The translations under genes were made by a program, and so were the position numbers. Of a DNA stretch of 64,000 nt, positions 26,770 to 41,863 are shown piece after piece. The first letter of the stretch is position 1, and each line of letters begins with the position of its first letter. The DNA comes from Octopus vulgaris (Eukaryota), in assembly GCA_951406725.2 (NCBI GenBank), contig OX597815.1, positions 62,186,001 through 62,250,000 on the forward strand, read 5' to 3'. The notes beneath the pieces are model-generated. The model made no database searches, had not been told where the DNA came from, and saw nothing but the letters and a program-made list of their open reading frames with translations.

Positions 26770-28030
26770 ATTATTTGCCAACATAATGCGGCAGTCCTGG
26801 TTAGGACAACTGGTACTGTTATTTAGCCCCAGGAAACATCGTCTCCAGCTGGCAATACTATACACTATTTGCTTCCTTATATTTTCGAACAAGGGAGTTG
26901 AACTATATATGAAATATAAAATGTTAAGAAATATGAGAGATGAATATATTTATTTATATAATTGACTTCCTTAAGATTACGGCATTCTGCAGCCTTCTTC
27001 ATGCAGCATTTATTTCTGTGCGGAATATGTAATGGGCATTCACACGATAAATTTAGTAAGAAACTAGCATATACCCTTAATCTATTAGACCTCAGGATTA
27101 CTGTTATCACTAATATGTCCAAAGTGAATTTCTCAGATGTTTCCCGAGACCTAAACATTCGCTCTTATAAGCCCTATTATAAACTAAATGAGAAACTTTC
27201 TTATATACAGGCTATCACACATCACTAATAGGATATCTAATATGGCCTCTTGAAAGAAAACTTTTCATAAGGTAGCCTTCTATAACAATGCCGGAGCTAA
27301 GGGCGGTTTCAATGATAAGATATAATCCTTCAATTATAAGTATTGAACCTAAAAACAGATCTAAAAACAGTCCTCGGAAAACAATATGGTTCACCCCATC
27401 CCTACTCTTTGACATAAGAATTTCCCGGCAAACTATAAGTACAGAAACATTTTTAACAGGTGCTCAAAAAATATTATACGGTTGCTGTTCCAATATGAAG
27501 AACCTCACCAAGAGCTTACTCCCAGTTGTAACTGTCGAGATCCGGAATATTGCACATGAAACCAGAGGTTGGATAAACTCTGTCTTCAAGATGATGCAAG
27601 TGAAAAGAAAAATTACACCGGTTTTTGCGAAGATAACTTTGAAAAACATTATACTAATCACCAGCCTTCTTTCCGGTACATCGACAAAAGCGAAGTTACT
27701 AAATTGGTTAGACACGTATGGCGTTTGAAGAATTCCATATGTGGCTAGCCAATTTAGAGTCCCATCTGTGCACCACATGCAATCTAGTAGAGAACCGTAG
27801 AGAAATCGATGCCATATGTAAATGAATCTAAGTTATGAATGGCTGAAAGATGGCACATTCGTTTTAGGACCAAGAATTCCACCAGACTACTTAATTCTAG
27901 ATCCAAAATTTTCAGCAAATATAAGCGTATGGACAAATTTCATTCTCGATTGAGCAGCTGCTCCGCATATTTTGAACTCCTAGCCGTTGAATCATTCTAT
28001 GGTAAAAAGGGACTAACTAATTAATTTCTT
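26770..28030 (+). mobile_element. Penelope-like element relic (RT thumb, linker, GIY-YIG region)
   Basis: KVNFSDVSRDLNIRSYKPYYKLNEKLSYI, RKTIWFTPS, SCNCR, NHQPSFR, LLNSRSKIF.KYKRMDKF match the PLE C-terminal half; homologous copy at 39870-40610. Confidence 0.75.
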
Positions 28031-28408
28031 TTCTTTCCTTTCTTTTCCCGTTTTTATTCACCCTTCGTCCTCTGATTCCACTTTGTGCATTAACCTCCTC
28101 GTTTTTACTTTTGTTTCTCATGTACCAGTGTCCTATTTTACAAGTTGATCAAACCATGCGCTCGAAGTCAATTCATTGCTTGGAGACACAGGGCACGCCA
28201 TAAAAATCTGCCTAACTGCGTGTCTGAATGGCAAGAAATTATTAGTAGCTCTTACTTAAATTGCATCATTCATTAAATGATATTCATCTCTCACTGGCTG
28301 GTGTACTTTTTCCATTGATCATACCTTAACGGAACAGTAAACAATATATATATATATGTGCATGCGCGCGCGCGTGTGTTTGTGCGTGTGTGTGTGTGTA
28401 TGTGTGTC

Positions 28409-30693
28409 TATTCTGTTGTGTCTGGGGAGGGTCATTCTCTTTTAGTGCCTTATAATTGAACACACACACCGGTAAAATTTCCACTCATTTATTTATCTTT
28501 CTAAAATTTTCGTTGCGTCTTGCAACCGTTTCAATAGTTGTTGACTCAGCCCGTTATTCACACTGCGTTCTTTTTGTTTGTGCGCATGTGTGTGGGTCAG
28601 TGTGTGCATGTGTATACACATGTATGTATGCATGCATGCATGCATGCATGTGTGTGAATGTATGTATGTGTGTGCATATGTATATATGTATGTGTGTGTG
28701 TGTGTGTGCGTGTTTGCATGTGTGTGTGCGTGTGTACCTCTGTCTCCTTGTGTGTGCATGACCGAGTGTGTGTGTGTATAGAACAAATATCTGTCAATTG
28801 TAAATAATGTAAATAATGTACATAATTCCTCATCTCTTAAATATAGAACTGCAACATATTTCGAAGCTATGGGTTTCATGTAATAGGAGTGGAGGAGCTG
28901 AACTCTATTGTTCACAGTCTCTAACCAAAGTTCAGTATCAAGGACGGGGAGTCTATTGTTGGGGTGCCTAGTGGGGAAATCTATAGTTACCTTGATTCTG
29001 TGGTGGATGGAGTTAGCTAATTGCTGGATGCTCTCCATTACGTTCCTCTCAGTTTCTACACTACCGTTACTAGAGTTGGTCTTAACTATGATATTAATGT
29101 CATCTACATACCTACTGTAGAGTAGAGGAGTTGTGAACTGTTCTGCTAAGAATTGCTTAACTTTTCTGTCCCACTAGGTCATGAAGAGGCTGGCCATATC
29201 TCCAGCTACACCGACACCGACGGCTGCACCTTAAACTTGTATGTATAGTTTTTTGTTAAACTTTACTTTAAAACAACATGAAAATTAACATACTGATATC
29301 AGACTTAGTAAGGATAATGAACAACGTGTTCCCAGTATGCAAACCTATGAAACAAAAAAAAACATGTACAGAACTTCATGCACCGCATGCAGTTCTCTGG
29401 ATATGACCAGAACGATAGGGTTCGAGTATACAGGGGTACTAGAAAGAAATTAGATAACATTATATGTAATGATACTAGTGGTACCTGCCCTAGACATAGA
29501 AACAAAGACTGGAATAGGATACAAAGAACTTGTGACTAAGTAAAACAGGGTGAACACATGGTATAGAATCGACAAATATCAAGGAGTGATACTTGTAGGG
29601 GCCACAGCCCATGGAGAACTAGTCCGTAGATTTAGGAAAGTTCTGAGGAGATCAAACATAAAACAGTCCTCCATACTCTACCAACATGCCAAGGACCAAC
29701 ATGGAGGCAGCCTGAGTCAACTTGACATCCGCATCTTATCCACGCATCAAAAGGCCCCAACACTCAGACAACTACAGGAGTACGTCCTCATAAACGAATC
29801 TTCCCCAATACTAAATAGGAAATATACGTAGTAGATATCATACTCCCATAACCACAGTTGATACAAGTAGAGTAGAATAGTTAGTGGGCTGTTATGTAGA
29901 TAGATGTATGCATGTGTGGGTGTGGGTGGGTGTATAGGTGTATATGTATTTGCACATGTATATAGGAATATGGATATGAAAGTAAACAGATAGACATACA
30001 GACGATACATAGGTACATAGGTACATAGGTTATATGAATAGACAAGCACACATACAGATACATACACAAATGAAAACTGAAACATATGGCTATATATTCA
30101 CACACACTTCAATTCACAAAAGGACACATATGGAGACACACGTCCACACGTATAGAGATACACATCCATACATACAAACACAGTATATAGTTGCAAAAAA
30201 ACCCATGCATACACAAAAACACACACACGCACACTCTGACATGCACACACAAGGAGACAGAGGTACACACACACACATGCAAACACACACACGCACACAA
30301 ACACACATACATACACAAAACATACTAACACTGACATACAAACACATGAATATGCAGAATACATACACATACATACATATATACATATGCACACACACAC
30401 ATACATGCATACACACATGCATGCATGTATGCATACATGCATACATACATACATACATACATACATACATACATACATGCACACATACATACACAATGAC
30501 CCACACACATGCGCACAAAGAAACAAAAAGAACGCAGTGTGAATAATGGACCAAGTCAACAACAATTGAAAAGGTTGCAAGACAACGAAAACTTTAGAAA
30601 AATAAATAAGTAAATGAGTGGAAACTTTACCGGTGAGTGTGTTAAATCATAAGGCACTAAATGAGAATGACTCTCCCCAGACACAACAGAATA
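28409..30693 (+). mobile_element. Penelope-like element insertion with inverted terminal repeats and an internally inverted RT segment
   Basis: Arms 28409-28760 and 30240-30693 are inverted copies; 28856-29270 minus encodes LYIQV.GAAVGVGVAG...LYSRYVDD...LPVLDTELW...YYMKPIASKY; 29270-29830 plus encodes ILISDLVRIM, MQFSGYD, SILYQHAKDQHGG...LRQLQEYVLINESSPILNRK. Confidence 0.85.
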
Positions 30694-30752
30694 TGCTTCA
30701 ACACACGAACTCAAATAAAAATCTTGTAAACCGAATCCAATAAAAAGTCACG

Positions 30753-31770
30753 TTGCTTGAAAGTCCAAAACCACGAATCTCTTACTATATTTAAAACATG
30801 CACGGATAATATAACAAAAATTATTTTTCCGAAAAGTCCTCCTACTTGTAAGATACATTTAGTATAATACAAATAAGAACATAGATATTAATATCAGTTC
30901 ATTTCGCTTTCTGCATCTTTCAAGTGGGAGCATTATTTAAACACGCACGGAGAATATAGCAAACATATTTCTCGGAAATAATGCTCCCACTTGAAAGATA
31001 CAGAAAGCGAAATCAATTGATATTTGGTTGTCTACGTTCTTATTTGTATTTTACTAAATCTATCTTACAAGTGGGAGGACCATTTCGGAGAAATAATTTT
31101 TGTTATATTCTTCGTGCGTGTTTAAATATAGTGAGAGATGCGTAGTTTTGGAGGGGTTTTAACTCCTCTTTCAAGCAAACAGGTACATATTATACCCTGA
31201 CATTTTATTATATATTTTGTTTGTTTGAATTATGTTTGCTGGCCACTTTATCATTATTTTTATAGATAATCATTTCTACTAAAGGCATAAGGCCTGAAAT
31301 TTGGGGAGAGGGGACTAATCGATTACATCGACCCCAGTGTTTCACTGGTACTTAATTTATCGACCCCGGAAAGATGAAAGAAGGAAAAGTCGACTTCGGT
31401 GGAATTTGAACTGAGAACATAAGTATTTCGCCCGGTACGCTTAACGATTCTTCCAGCGCACCGCCTTCATTATTTTAATAAATAATGATAACTTATTTGA
31501 ATTTTAAATTTATACTTGCTCGGAGGGTCTTCAGTTGAACAATGAGCACGGAGAGGTAAATGTGTTGTTTGAAATAGTTTATACAGTATACCTAACTGAC
31601 TGAGAAAGCGAACTCAATTGATATTAAGATGTCTATGTTCTTGTTTGTATTATACTAAATGCATCTTACAAGTGGGAGGACTATTTCCGAGAAATATAGT
31701 GAGAGATGCGTGGTCTTGGAGGGTTTTAACTCTTCTTTCAAGCAAACGGTTACATATTGTACCCTGACTT
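30753..31770. repeat. Diverged fold-back (30753-31178) plus a third partial direct copy (31600-31770), with an intervening SINE M (31265-31468, minus)
   Basis: ttgcttgaaag...cctacttgtaagat...tttcgctttctg pairs with cagaaagcgaaa...atcttacaagtggg...ctttcaagcaa; 31600-31770 repeats 31000-31200. Confidence 0.8.
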
Positions 31771-32279
31771 TTAATTATATATATATATATATATAATGAC
31801 ACAAGAACTAATGTTTATATGTATGTACATACACACATAATTATACACATGCACTCGCATACACCTACCTGCCTACACACATACATTTATAAAGAATGAT
31901 TGAGAGAGAGAGGGAATTAGGATTGTGTGGGATTTAGAGAAGTAGATAGTCTTGATATAATAATGAATAAAGATTGACATGAAAACAATAATTACTAGAA
32001 TTTTTCTGTTGCAAACAAGGAGTGGCTTTAGAAGCAGCCTTGGTATAGAAACTACAATTTCCAGTCGTTGATCTCCAACATACATGAAACATCACTGTAT
32101 GCCAAACTGTTTAAATAGAATTCACAGCTTTAGATTGAATGAATGTGAGAAATATTTACGTATTTGTGACTTTCACACATAAAGTGCGGAGGATTGCTCA
32201 GTGACAAGGTTGCTCCACCAACTTTTGTACGTGATTTACTTTTGTTGTTATTTGTTTTTGGTTTCTTTTTATATCTAAA

Positions 32280-32492
32280 TTGCGATGACAGAATAAAGTT
32301 AGCACGCCGGGCGAAATGCGTAACCGTATTTCGTCTGCCATTACGTTCTGAGTTCAAATTCCACCAAGGTCGACTTTGCCTTTCATCCTCTCAGTGTCGA
32401 AAAATTAAGTACCAGTTACGTAATGGGGTCGATCTAATCGACTGGCCCTCATCCCCTAAAATTTCGGGCCTTGTGCCTAAAGTAGAAAAAGA
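32280..32492 (+). mobile_element. SINE family M
   Basis: gttagcacgccgggcgaaatgc...gagttcaaattcc...gtcgactttgcctttcatcct...ggccttgtgcct. Confidence 0.85.
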
Positions 32493-33442
32493 ATAAAGTG
32501 CTGGTTAAAGCACCGTGTGGTATTTCGTTACTTTCACCGGGTGGCTTTTGTAGTTCAAATTTAGATCATGTCAGTCTTGCATTTCATTTCTTTCTCTTAT
32601 CAAGGATGATAAAACTAGAGCCACAGTAGCAGAATACAAAATAAAACTTAACAGCCACGTACAACACACATAAACTAAATGATGAAAGCCACTACAATTT
32701 AATGGTTAAATATATTTAGATCCGGCGATGATGATTTTATCTGATACAACATTAACTCCATGCCACTTTGTTGCTCACTGCTCACTGCTGCACGCCACGA
32801 TATCGGTTCATTCAGATGATGAGAGCAAGAAGGTCTTAAAATTTTAATAATGTACGAATGTTGTTGTTATTAAACAAAACGAAGAGATTAATATGGAAAT
32901 ATGGACATTCTAAGAAAACATGTTAATCTCGAATGAAGTCGTATTTTAAATCTGACATAGAAAGAAAGAATGGCTGTTTCATATTTACACAAATAAACAT
33001 ACATTCATTTATAAACCCATACATATGTACATACATTCATATATACATTCATACATAAATACATATGTTAGTACGTGCATACATGCATATGCATGTATGT
33101 ATGCATACATGCGTGCATACGTGCATACATACATGCATAAATACATACATACATACATATATACATACATGTATGCATGCATGTATACATGCAAACATAC
33201 ATACATACATACATACATACATACATACATACATACATACATGTGTGTGTACGTGTGTTCGGGTGTGGCAAAAGAGAGGGCAGTCGGAATGAATGGGAGA
33301 ATGAAAGAGGGAAGGAGAGACAGTGTTTGTGAGAGAGAAAGAAAGAGAGAGAGAGAGAGATAGAGGGAAACAAACAAACAGTCGACCGACATATGTGCAG
33401 ACAAACGAGACAGACAAGTGCAGAGCCAGAGACAGACAATAC

Positions 33443-33702
33443 CGGAAGCGTTCGTTTGATCCGAGATCTCATGTTACTTGCCATTGACGACGATGTTTGA
33501 AGGCGTGATTGGGGTAGGTGGCGGTGGTGTTTGCGGAAGAGCCGTGATGATGGTGGCGTAAGTGAAGCCAGCAGTTGGTGGCAGTCGATGAGCTGTGCCA
33601 AGTTTACGTTGGGTAATGCAAGGACCCCGACAACAATGGCGCCAACAGAACTTCCGGCGAGGAAATGACTGTAAGATTTCGACTCCATCCAAGGCTTGGC
33701 AA
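33443..33702 (-). CDS. Candidate host-gene exon (unidentified product)
   Basis: Non-repetitive GC-richer island; minus-strand acceptor tttctccgacctccattccag and donor CCG/gtattg; open frame AKPWMESKSYSHFLAG...MASNMRSRIKRTLP. Confidence 0.4.
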
Positions 33703-33846
33703 CTGGAATGGAGGTCGGAGAAACGGATGAGAAACCATAGAGCTTCGTGTAGAGGGTGTGTATACATTTTACATTTTATATAAACGTATCTGTGTACAAA
33801 TGTATACATACATACATACATACAAACCTACATATATACATATATG

Positions 33847-33903
<57 letters not shown>

Positions 33904-33914
33904 GTATATGTATA

Positions 33915-33949
<35 letters not shown>

Positions 33950-33992
33950 ATATATATCTATCTATATGTATATATATATATATACATCTATC

Positions 33993-34056
<64 letters not shown>

Positions 34057-34158
34057 CGCACGTATGGTGTGTGTTTGTGGGTGGTATGTGTATGTATGCG
34101 AGTGCTTGAATAACAGACTGAATGTGCGTGCCAATGCGTATACGTTTATATATATATG

Positions 34159-34213
<55 letters not shown>

Positions 34214-34406
34214 TTGATTACATATATCCATTATATATACACAAGCACACATGTATATACAAGTATATACATTTTACATATGTATATATGGTTTTATGCA
34301 TACCGTCTACATATATATATTTATGTGTGAGCGTAGGAATATGTGTGAGTGGGGATGTATATACATTTTTAAAAACTTGTACATAAACATGCGTGTATTG
34401 TGCAAG

Positions 34407-34507
<101 letters not shown>

Positions 34508-35388
34508 CAATAGTCATTGTCTATGTGTATAATATATATATATATATATACATACATATATACATATATACGCACACACAAAGATACTTATATGGACGCA
34601 TACATATCTGTGTTTAGATGTATGTGTGTGTGTGTGTGTATTTGTGTATATGTGCGTATGTGTAAGAAGAGTTAAGGGAAGAGTAAGTGTAGGGGTCGGG
34701 GAGTGAGAATAAACACGTCATTGTCCAGAAAAACAAATGAATGGGAAGATTGAATCTAATGAATGAGTGAACTCTTTCATTTTGCTTTGTTGTCTGCTCT
34801 CTATGTGATGTCAGTTTGTGTGTGTGAGTGTGTGTGTGTGTTTATGTGTGTGTGTGTGTGTTTGTGTGTGTTTGTGTGTTTGTGTGTGTGTGTGTTCGCG
34901 CGTAAATGTGTTTATACATATCTGTGTGTTCTTAATGTATGCGTTCTTTATAAGTACGTATGTGCGTGTACATACGTATATTCATACTTCTATATTCCTA
35001 TAAGCAGTGGAACGTGTACATACAAGCATATATACATACACACACATACATACATTCATTGTTACATACATACATACGTACATATAAATGTATGTATGTA
35101 TGTATGTGTGTATTCATATATTTATGTACACTGTTTATGCAGAACACATATACACGCACACATACACATGTATGTCTGTATACATGGATGTATATTCATG
35201 TGTCTGCGATTTCAAGATGGGGGATGAAAACATTAAATACGAGGAGGAGACAGTGATAGTTAGCCAGCTTGATTGATAGATAGATAGACAGATAGATAAA
35301 TTGATAAATAGATTGATAGATACATAGATAAATAGACAAATGGGATAGATGGATAGATATATAGATAGATATATAGATAGATAGATAT

Positions 35389-35422
<34 letters not shown>

Positions 35423-35425
35423 GGC

Positions 35426-35495
<70 letters not shown>

Positions 35496-35889
35496 CATAC
35501 ATACATACATACATACATACATACATACATACATACATACATACATACATAGACAGGTAGATAGGTAGACCGAAAGACTTAGAAAGATAGGGAGAGAGTA
35601 TGAATAAGGAGAGAGGGAGATAGAGAGAAAGCGACATACGGTGGTAAAGAGAGAAAAAGAAGGAGTGTGTGTACCGTCTGAACTGTTTATGGAGTTAGCA
35701 ACGGAAGAGTTGGAAAGAAAAACAAACCAATTTCCATAAACAGCAGATAAGGTGATAGTGCAGGGTAGGGGTAAAGTATAATGGCGGTCGTAAAGAGGAG
35801 TAGCATCACTATAACAACATACAAGTACAGCAGCAACAACAATAGCAACAAGAATAAAACGAGACGATAGTAACAAGAACAGCAATAAA

Positions 35890-35983
35890 AGTAATAATAG
35901 TAATAATAATAAAAATAATAATAATGATAATAATAATAACAACAACAATAATAATAATAATAATAATAATGATAATAATAATA

Positions 35984-36041
<58 letters not shown>

Positions 36042-36083
36042 TGATGATAATAATAATAATAATAATGATGATGATATTAATAC

Positions 36084-36154
<71 letters not shown>

Positions 36155-36248
36155 GTAATGTTCTTCGTAGTTTTGGTTTTATAAACAATTAAAATAACAA
36201 GAACAGAAAGAAATGAAGAGAAATAAGAACAACAGAAAAGGAAGAACA

Positions 36249-36326
<78 letters not shown>

Positions 36327-36620
36327 CAGTAGTAGTAGTAGCAGTAGTAGTAGAAGAAGAAGAAGAAGAAGAAGAAGAAGGAGGAGGAGGAGGAGGAGAA
36401 GAATAAGGAGGAAGCGGGGGAGAAGAAGAAGAAGAACAACAACAACAAGAGAAAGTAAAACAGTAACACCGCCAAGTTCACCACCACCCACCCAAACCAC
36501 GAACGATAACCACGACGAAGATGACGACAACCAGCAGCTGCAGCAGCAGCAGTAGCAGCACCACCACTACCACCACCACCGACACCATCTCCACCGCCAA
36601 CACCACCACTACTACCAACA
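35890..36620. repeat. Long (TAA)n, (GTA)n, (GAA)n, (CAC)n trinucleotide tracts
   Basis: Direct reading. Confidence 0.9.
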
Positions 36621-36743
36621 CCCTCACCACCATCATCTCCAAGGCGACAGCCAGCGAAACAAGTGAAACGCGAATAATATGACCGACGGCAACAACAGCA
36701 ACAACCCTACCGCCACCACCTCATTTATTACAACAACAACAAT

Positions 36744-36781
<38 letters not shown>

Positions 36782-36908
36782 TGACTTTAGGAATAACAGC
36801 CACAATAAGAAATCTTTCTTTTATTAGCCACAAGGGTACAATAGATAGAAAAATGTTTTACAGAAATATAAAAACGTGGGGGTGCGGCTAAGACGTATGT
36901 GTACATGC

Positions 36909-36982
<74 letters not shown>

Positions 36983-37076
36983 GTATATGTGCGCGCGTAT
37001 GTGTATGTGTGTACATACTCACAGATTCAGAATTTGTAAACAACATTTAATGAACTGTCAAGTAAATGGAAATCTC

Positions 37077-37110
37077 TTTGACGTTTCGAGCTTAATCTCT
37101 TCTTCAAATC
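37077..37110 (-). ncRNA. Degenerate minimal hammerhead motif
   Basis: Minus strand: UU-UGAAGAA-GAG auuaag CUC-GAAA-C-GUC-AAA; same layout as 57975-58009. Confidence 0.5.
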
Positions 37111-37189
37111 TATCTATCTATGATACATACTTACATATATACACGCGCACACGCGCACACACGCATATACACCCACCCACATATATATG

Positions 37190-37620
37190 TAATGGTGATA
37201 CTACTTAAATATGGCTGCTCAGAATGAACTGATGTCATTGCTATTTTTAATGCCAGGAGGACGCCTCCTTCAGCTGGTTATTGGATGCAATCTTCACCCG
37301 CTAGAGATAGCAGAAGTTCAACCCGCAATATATAGAATTCAAGTGACACACTCACTGATCTTGCAACAAGCAAATTAGCTAGTTATTGCCAGCTGGAATG
37401 AGCTACTGCTATCTCTAGCGAACGAGTATCTACCACCGAGGATTACCACAGAGAGGTCAACACCCTACATTCTGGTGGTTTGGCGGTGTTACTGTTATAC
37501 TTTGCAAAATATATCGGACGCAGATTACATCAAATAACCAGCTGGGAGAGGCGTCCCCCTTGTGTTAAAAATAGTAGTAATGTCGATTCCCATGGAATAT
37601 GTTTAAGTGGCAATATCCAA
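37190..37620. mobile_element. Diverged fold-back element with about 100-bp inverted termini
   Basis: ctatttttaatgccaggaggacgcctccttcagctggttatt pairs with aataaccagctgggagaggcgtcc...ttaaaaatag; inner perfect 15-bp pair cgctagagatagcag/ctgctatctctagcg. Confidence 0.75.
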
Positions 37621-37674
37621 TTTCAGTGTAGTTATTGCTCTCATCTCTTATAGAAATTTTCTAACTGGTTAATT

Positions 37675-37760
<86 letters not shown>

Positions 37761-37859
37761 TATATATATATTATTTAATTGAACGCTACGCATCCATTTC
37801 CAAGTAACTTTATCTTAATTTTTTTAATGCGTCTCTATCTATATATTGTTCTCTCCCCT

Positions 37860-38400
37860 ATCATTTTCTCTAATCGTTTCTCTAATTCCTTTTTTCTCCC
37901 CTTCACCGGTTTCTGTCTGTCGGTCTCTCTCCCTCTTTTCCATTACTCTCTCTCGTTCCTCACACGTGATGATCGTCCATCTTTCTTTCCCTCACTTGAT
38001 CATCTCTCTTTTCTTTTAGGGCTGTCCGAGCGGTTGGACGTATCCTGTCTTTTCTACTTTTTCTCTTGTCAAAGAAAATATTTCTCCAGCGTCCGCTATT
38101 TGACCTTCGTCTGGTGTAACGACCCTCTCTTATATGTCTCCACTATCCTGTTTTTGTTACCAACTTTGACCCTCCATAAAATCCCAGATTTTAGTTTGGC
38201 TTTGTGAGAGCAACTGCCTTTGAAGATTCATATTGTCGTTCAGTGCTCGAAATGAGGAGTAGATAGGCCGCCGGCAACTGATGAAAGGTCGTTCTTTATG
38301 TTATTTGTCCTGATTTCCATCTGCTTCTCTCGTTGTTTGCGTATTCAACTTATTTGTTATCGTATTTCATGTTCTTTACTGTTTGTGACGTCCTGTACCC
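37860..38400 (+). repeat. Pyrimidine-rich interspersed repeat; second copy at 60680-60990
   Basis: ttctctaattcc...cttcaccg...ctcaca.gtga..atcgtccatctttcttt shared between both loci. Confidence 0.65.
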
Positions 38401-38774
38401 ATATATGCATGGGTATATATATACACACGCTCATACTTAAATACGGGAAAAGAAGATAGCATTCTCACGCATGGTTAAGATACCATCTTTGAGGTTGGGT
38501 CGAAACCACAAACCCGTCGGCTCTAGTATCCTCCAACTCCAGTTCCCGATTCTCTGTAGTATTTACACTTTAGTTTTCACCATCGCTTACACTTATTTGA
38601 CGGCACAATTTGGATGAGGATAAATTCTTGAGGTCGTGTAGGTAGACAGGAATGACGAAGCCCATGTTATCACACAATAAAGCAAATATTTCAAAATAGA
38701 CAAAAATATATTTTATGGTTATTTGTTGTGTACACCATCACATCGGTGAAGTTGAGATTATCAACACGACATTC

Positions 38775-39207
<433 letters not shown>

Positions 39208-39869
39208 ATTGTTAATATTCTGTTTTTTAGATACTTTTTGGTTTTGATTCTTTTTGTTTCTACTGTTGATTGTTCTGGTTAACATTTTCCCAGTCGTTTA
39301 CGCTCTGAGTGTTGCTTTGCTTCCTGTGACTTCAAGTTTTCCTTGAGTTGATCTTCTAGTTGTTGTGGTTGAGCTTTCTCTTCTTTTAGTTTTGCAACGT
39401 CAATATTGACTTTTAGCAGTTGGTGTTGTCATATGTGTAGCACCTGGGTCTTTCCTTTCACCACAACGAGCATTAAGGTGCCGTTCGACAAGTCTGTCTG
39501 ATCAGGGACAGTCTTTAATTTTCATCGGTTCTTACGTTATTTGACATCACGTGTACATTGACTGGAATGACGATAAGTTCTCCAATTCTGTCTGGAGAAG
39601 TGGATTGCTTCGTTGTTTGTCATTTTTGTGGAATTGTACCTTCATTGCTTCATAGCATCTGTCGCTGGTAACATAGTCTGTCTTTTGACAACCACATTTT
39701 AGGTATTGTTTTGTTTGGATATATGTACTTGTAGTTCTTCACCAGCCGGATATTCTTTTCTATTCCTCCAATTATTCATCGTTAGTTGTTTTACCCATCA
39801 TAATTTCTAAGAGGTGTGTGTATGTGTGTGCTAGAGCTTTTGTTATCTACCTTTAAGACTTAGGCCTTT

Positions 39870-40610
39870 TTATGATGTTTTAAAAACATCTTTTTATGAA
39901 TATTTTTGTAAATAAGATGATTGTTTAAAAACAGAGAAATGAAACAATAAAGAATAACCCGAAAAATCAGTGGCCAATACTCAACTTCACAGAGTCTGCA
40001 TAGAAATAAAAGTGAACTTTTATTTATGACACTGTCACGCATATAAAACATCAACTTTGGACAAATTAGGGGACAGTAATTTTGAGACCTGACTAAAGGC
40101 AAATCACAGGAATATTTTTAATAGACGCTCAACAAAAAATTCGTACAGCTACTTTCCCAATATAAACGACATTACCACTCGGAAGTCACATCAGGAGCCC
40201 ACTTCCCGTTGTAACTGTCGAGACCCTGAAGCTTACCGGCTTCATTAGGCATGGTTGATAAACGCAGTTGTTTATGAAGCCGATGTTACAGCAGTACTCC
40301 AAGGCAACATAACTGAGAAATAAAATTACACCAGTTTGTGCGAAGGCGATTTTAAAAGCCGTTAAGTAAATCACCAGTATTCTTTCTGAAACATTGATAA
40401 AAATAAGGCCACTAAGTTGGCTAGCCATGAATGGGATCTGAAGACCAAATGCACACCACATACAATCAAGTGGGGAATCGTGGAGAAATATATTCTATAT
40501 GTAAATGGACCAAAGAGAGTTATGCGTCGCTGAAAGATTGCAATATTCTTTTTAGGCCCAAGAATTCCACGACGCTATTTAATTCCAGAACCTAACAAAT
40601 GCAAGCACAC
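39870..40610 (+). mobile_element. Penelope-like element relic, GIY-YIG region; same family as 26770-28030
   Basis: cttcccgttgtaactgtcgagacc, aaaattacaccagtttgtgcgaag, ccaagaattccac shared with 27515-27900; AVVYEADV, YT.LCEGDFKSR..NHQYSF, IKWGIVEK. Confidence 0.75.
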
Positions 40611-40989
40611 AGACAGGATTCTTTTATTGAACTGGAGGGCATCACCCACTCCGGACTGAGTAGCTATCTCACAGACTTTGCCCACCACCTCTTTCTGCAC
40701 CATCTTTCTGCACCTCTTTCTGCACCATCAACATTGTATATGGTTTCTATAGTAAAAGAGGATGAAGATCTTAGTTCTGTTTGTTTCTTTCTTTCTTTCT
40801 TCTCCTTCCAGTTTTTGCATCAATCTTCTTCGCAATTTTTCATCTAAGTTTTCTCTCTCCTCTTTTTTTTCTTTTGGTGTGCTGTCATAAATTAGATTCT
40901 TTGAAAATACATAACATGTTATATGAATCTACTAATTTGTTTTAAAACCTAAAACTATTAGTAGCTCTTCTGTAATTGTATATATCAAC

Positions 40990-41028
<39 letters not shown>

Positions 41029-41097
41029 AATATATATATACATACATACATATATATGTATGTATGTATATATGTATGTATGTATATGTATATATAA

Positions 41098-41142
<45 letters not shown>

Positions 41143-41863
41143 TATACTTATATATACATATATTTATGCATACATACGTGCATATATATATCATACATGT
41201 TACTAAAAAGTTAGTATTGTAGCTTTATTTTTATCTCTGTGGTAATCAGTACCTACATGTGTCTACAATATATGTATTTGTTTATAGAGGTGCTAGTAGA
41301 TCCAATATCTTACTTCTGTGTGTAATGTTCGCTTAAGAGAAATTATCTGGCGCTGTTCAATTTTTCTTGAGTATTTCAACTCTAAAACACAATGGACCTC
41401 CATTTGGCGGGTCGGTCGTGATGGCCATTAACTTCCCATCAACAGGCTTTCAGCTGTCTGCATCCTGCTTCTGTCTGCATCCTGTTAGCCAGAAGCTCCT
41501 TCTGTTATACTCTACCACAGCACATTTCAAGATACAGCAGTCTCCCCACCTTTCTTGCTTCTCTCAGATCTCTCAGCAACTTCCAACCAAACAGTGTCGG
41601 GAAATCTTCGCAGCCAACTCTCACCAGAAACAAGCAGAACTGTTAATTTTCTCCTGTTAGATCGGCCAAACCATTGTACTCGGTGGCAATATTCTGTGAA
41701 GTCTCCTCACAATGATCTCGGGGTGTCACTCCACGGACCACGCGTAGACACACGGGCGCATAGACACACCCTTATGTGTATACACGCACATATGCAAGAT
41801 ATTTAAAATAGAAACATTCCGACTTAATTTGCATCTTATATTATTTCTGGTTTATGACGACTG

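Noticed and set aside
38205-38300. TTTGAAGA...CTCGAAAT and CTGATGAA hammerhead-like pieces (similar remnants at 9405-9425 and 24000-24060)
   Set aside because: Stems cannot be completed; recorded only as possible decayed relics
39280-39800. Possible non-LTR retrotransposon fragment on the minus strand
   Set aside because: No unambiguous RT motif recovered
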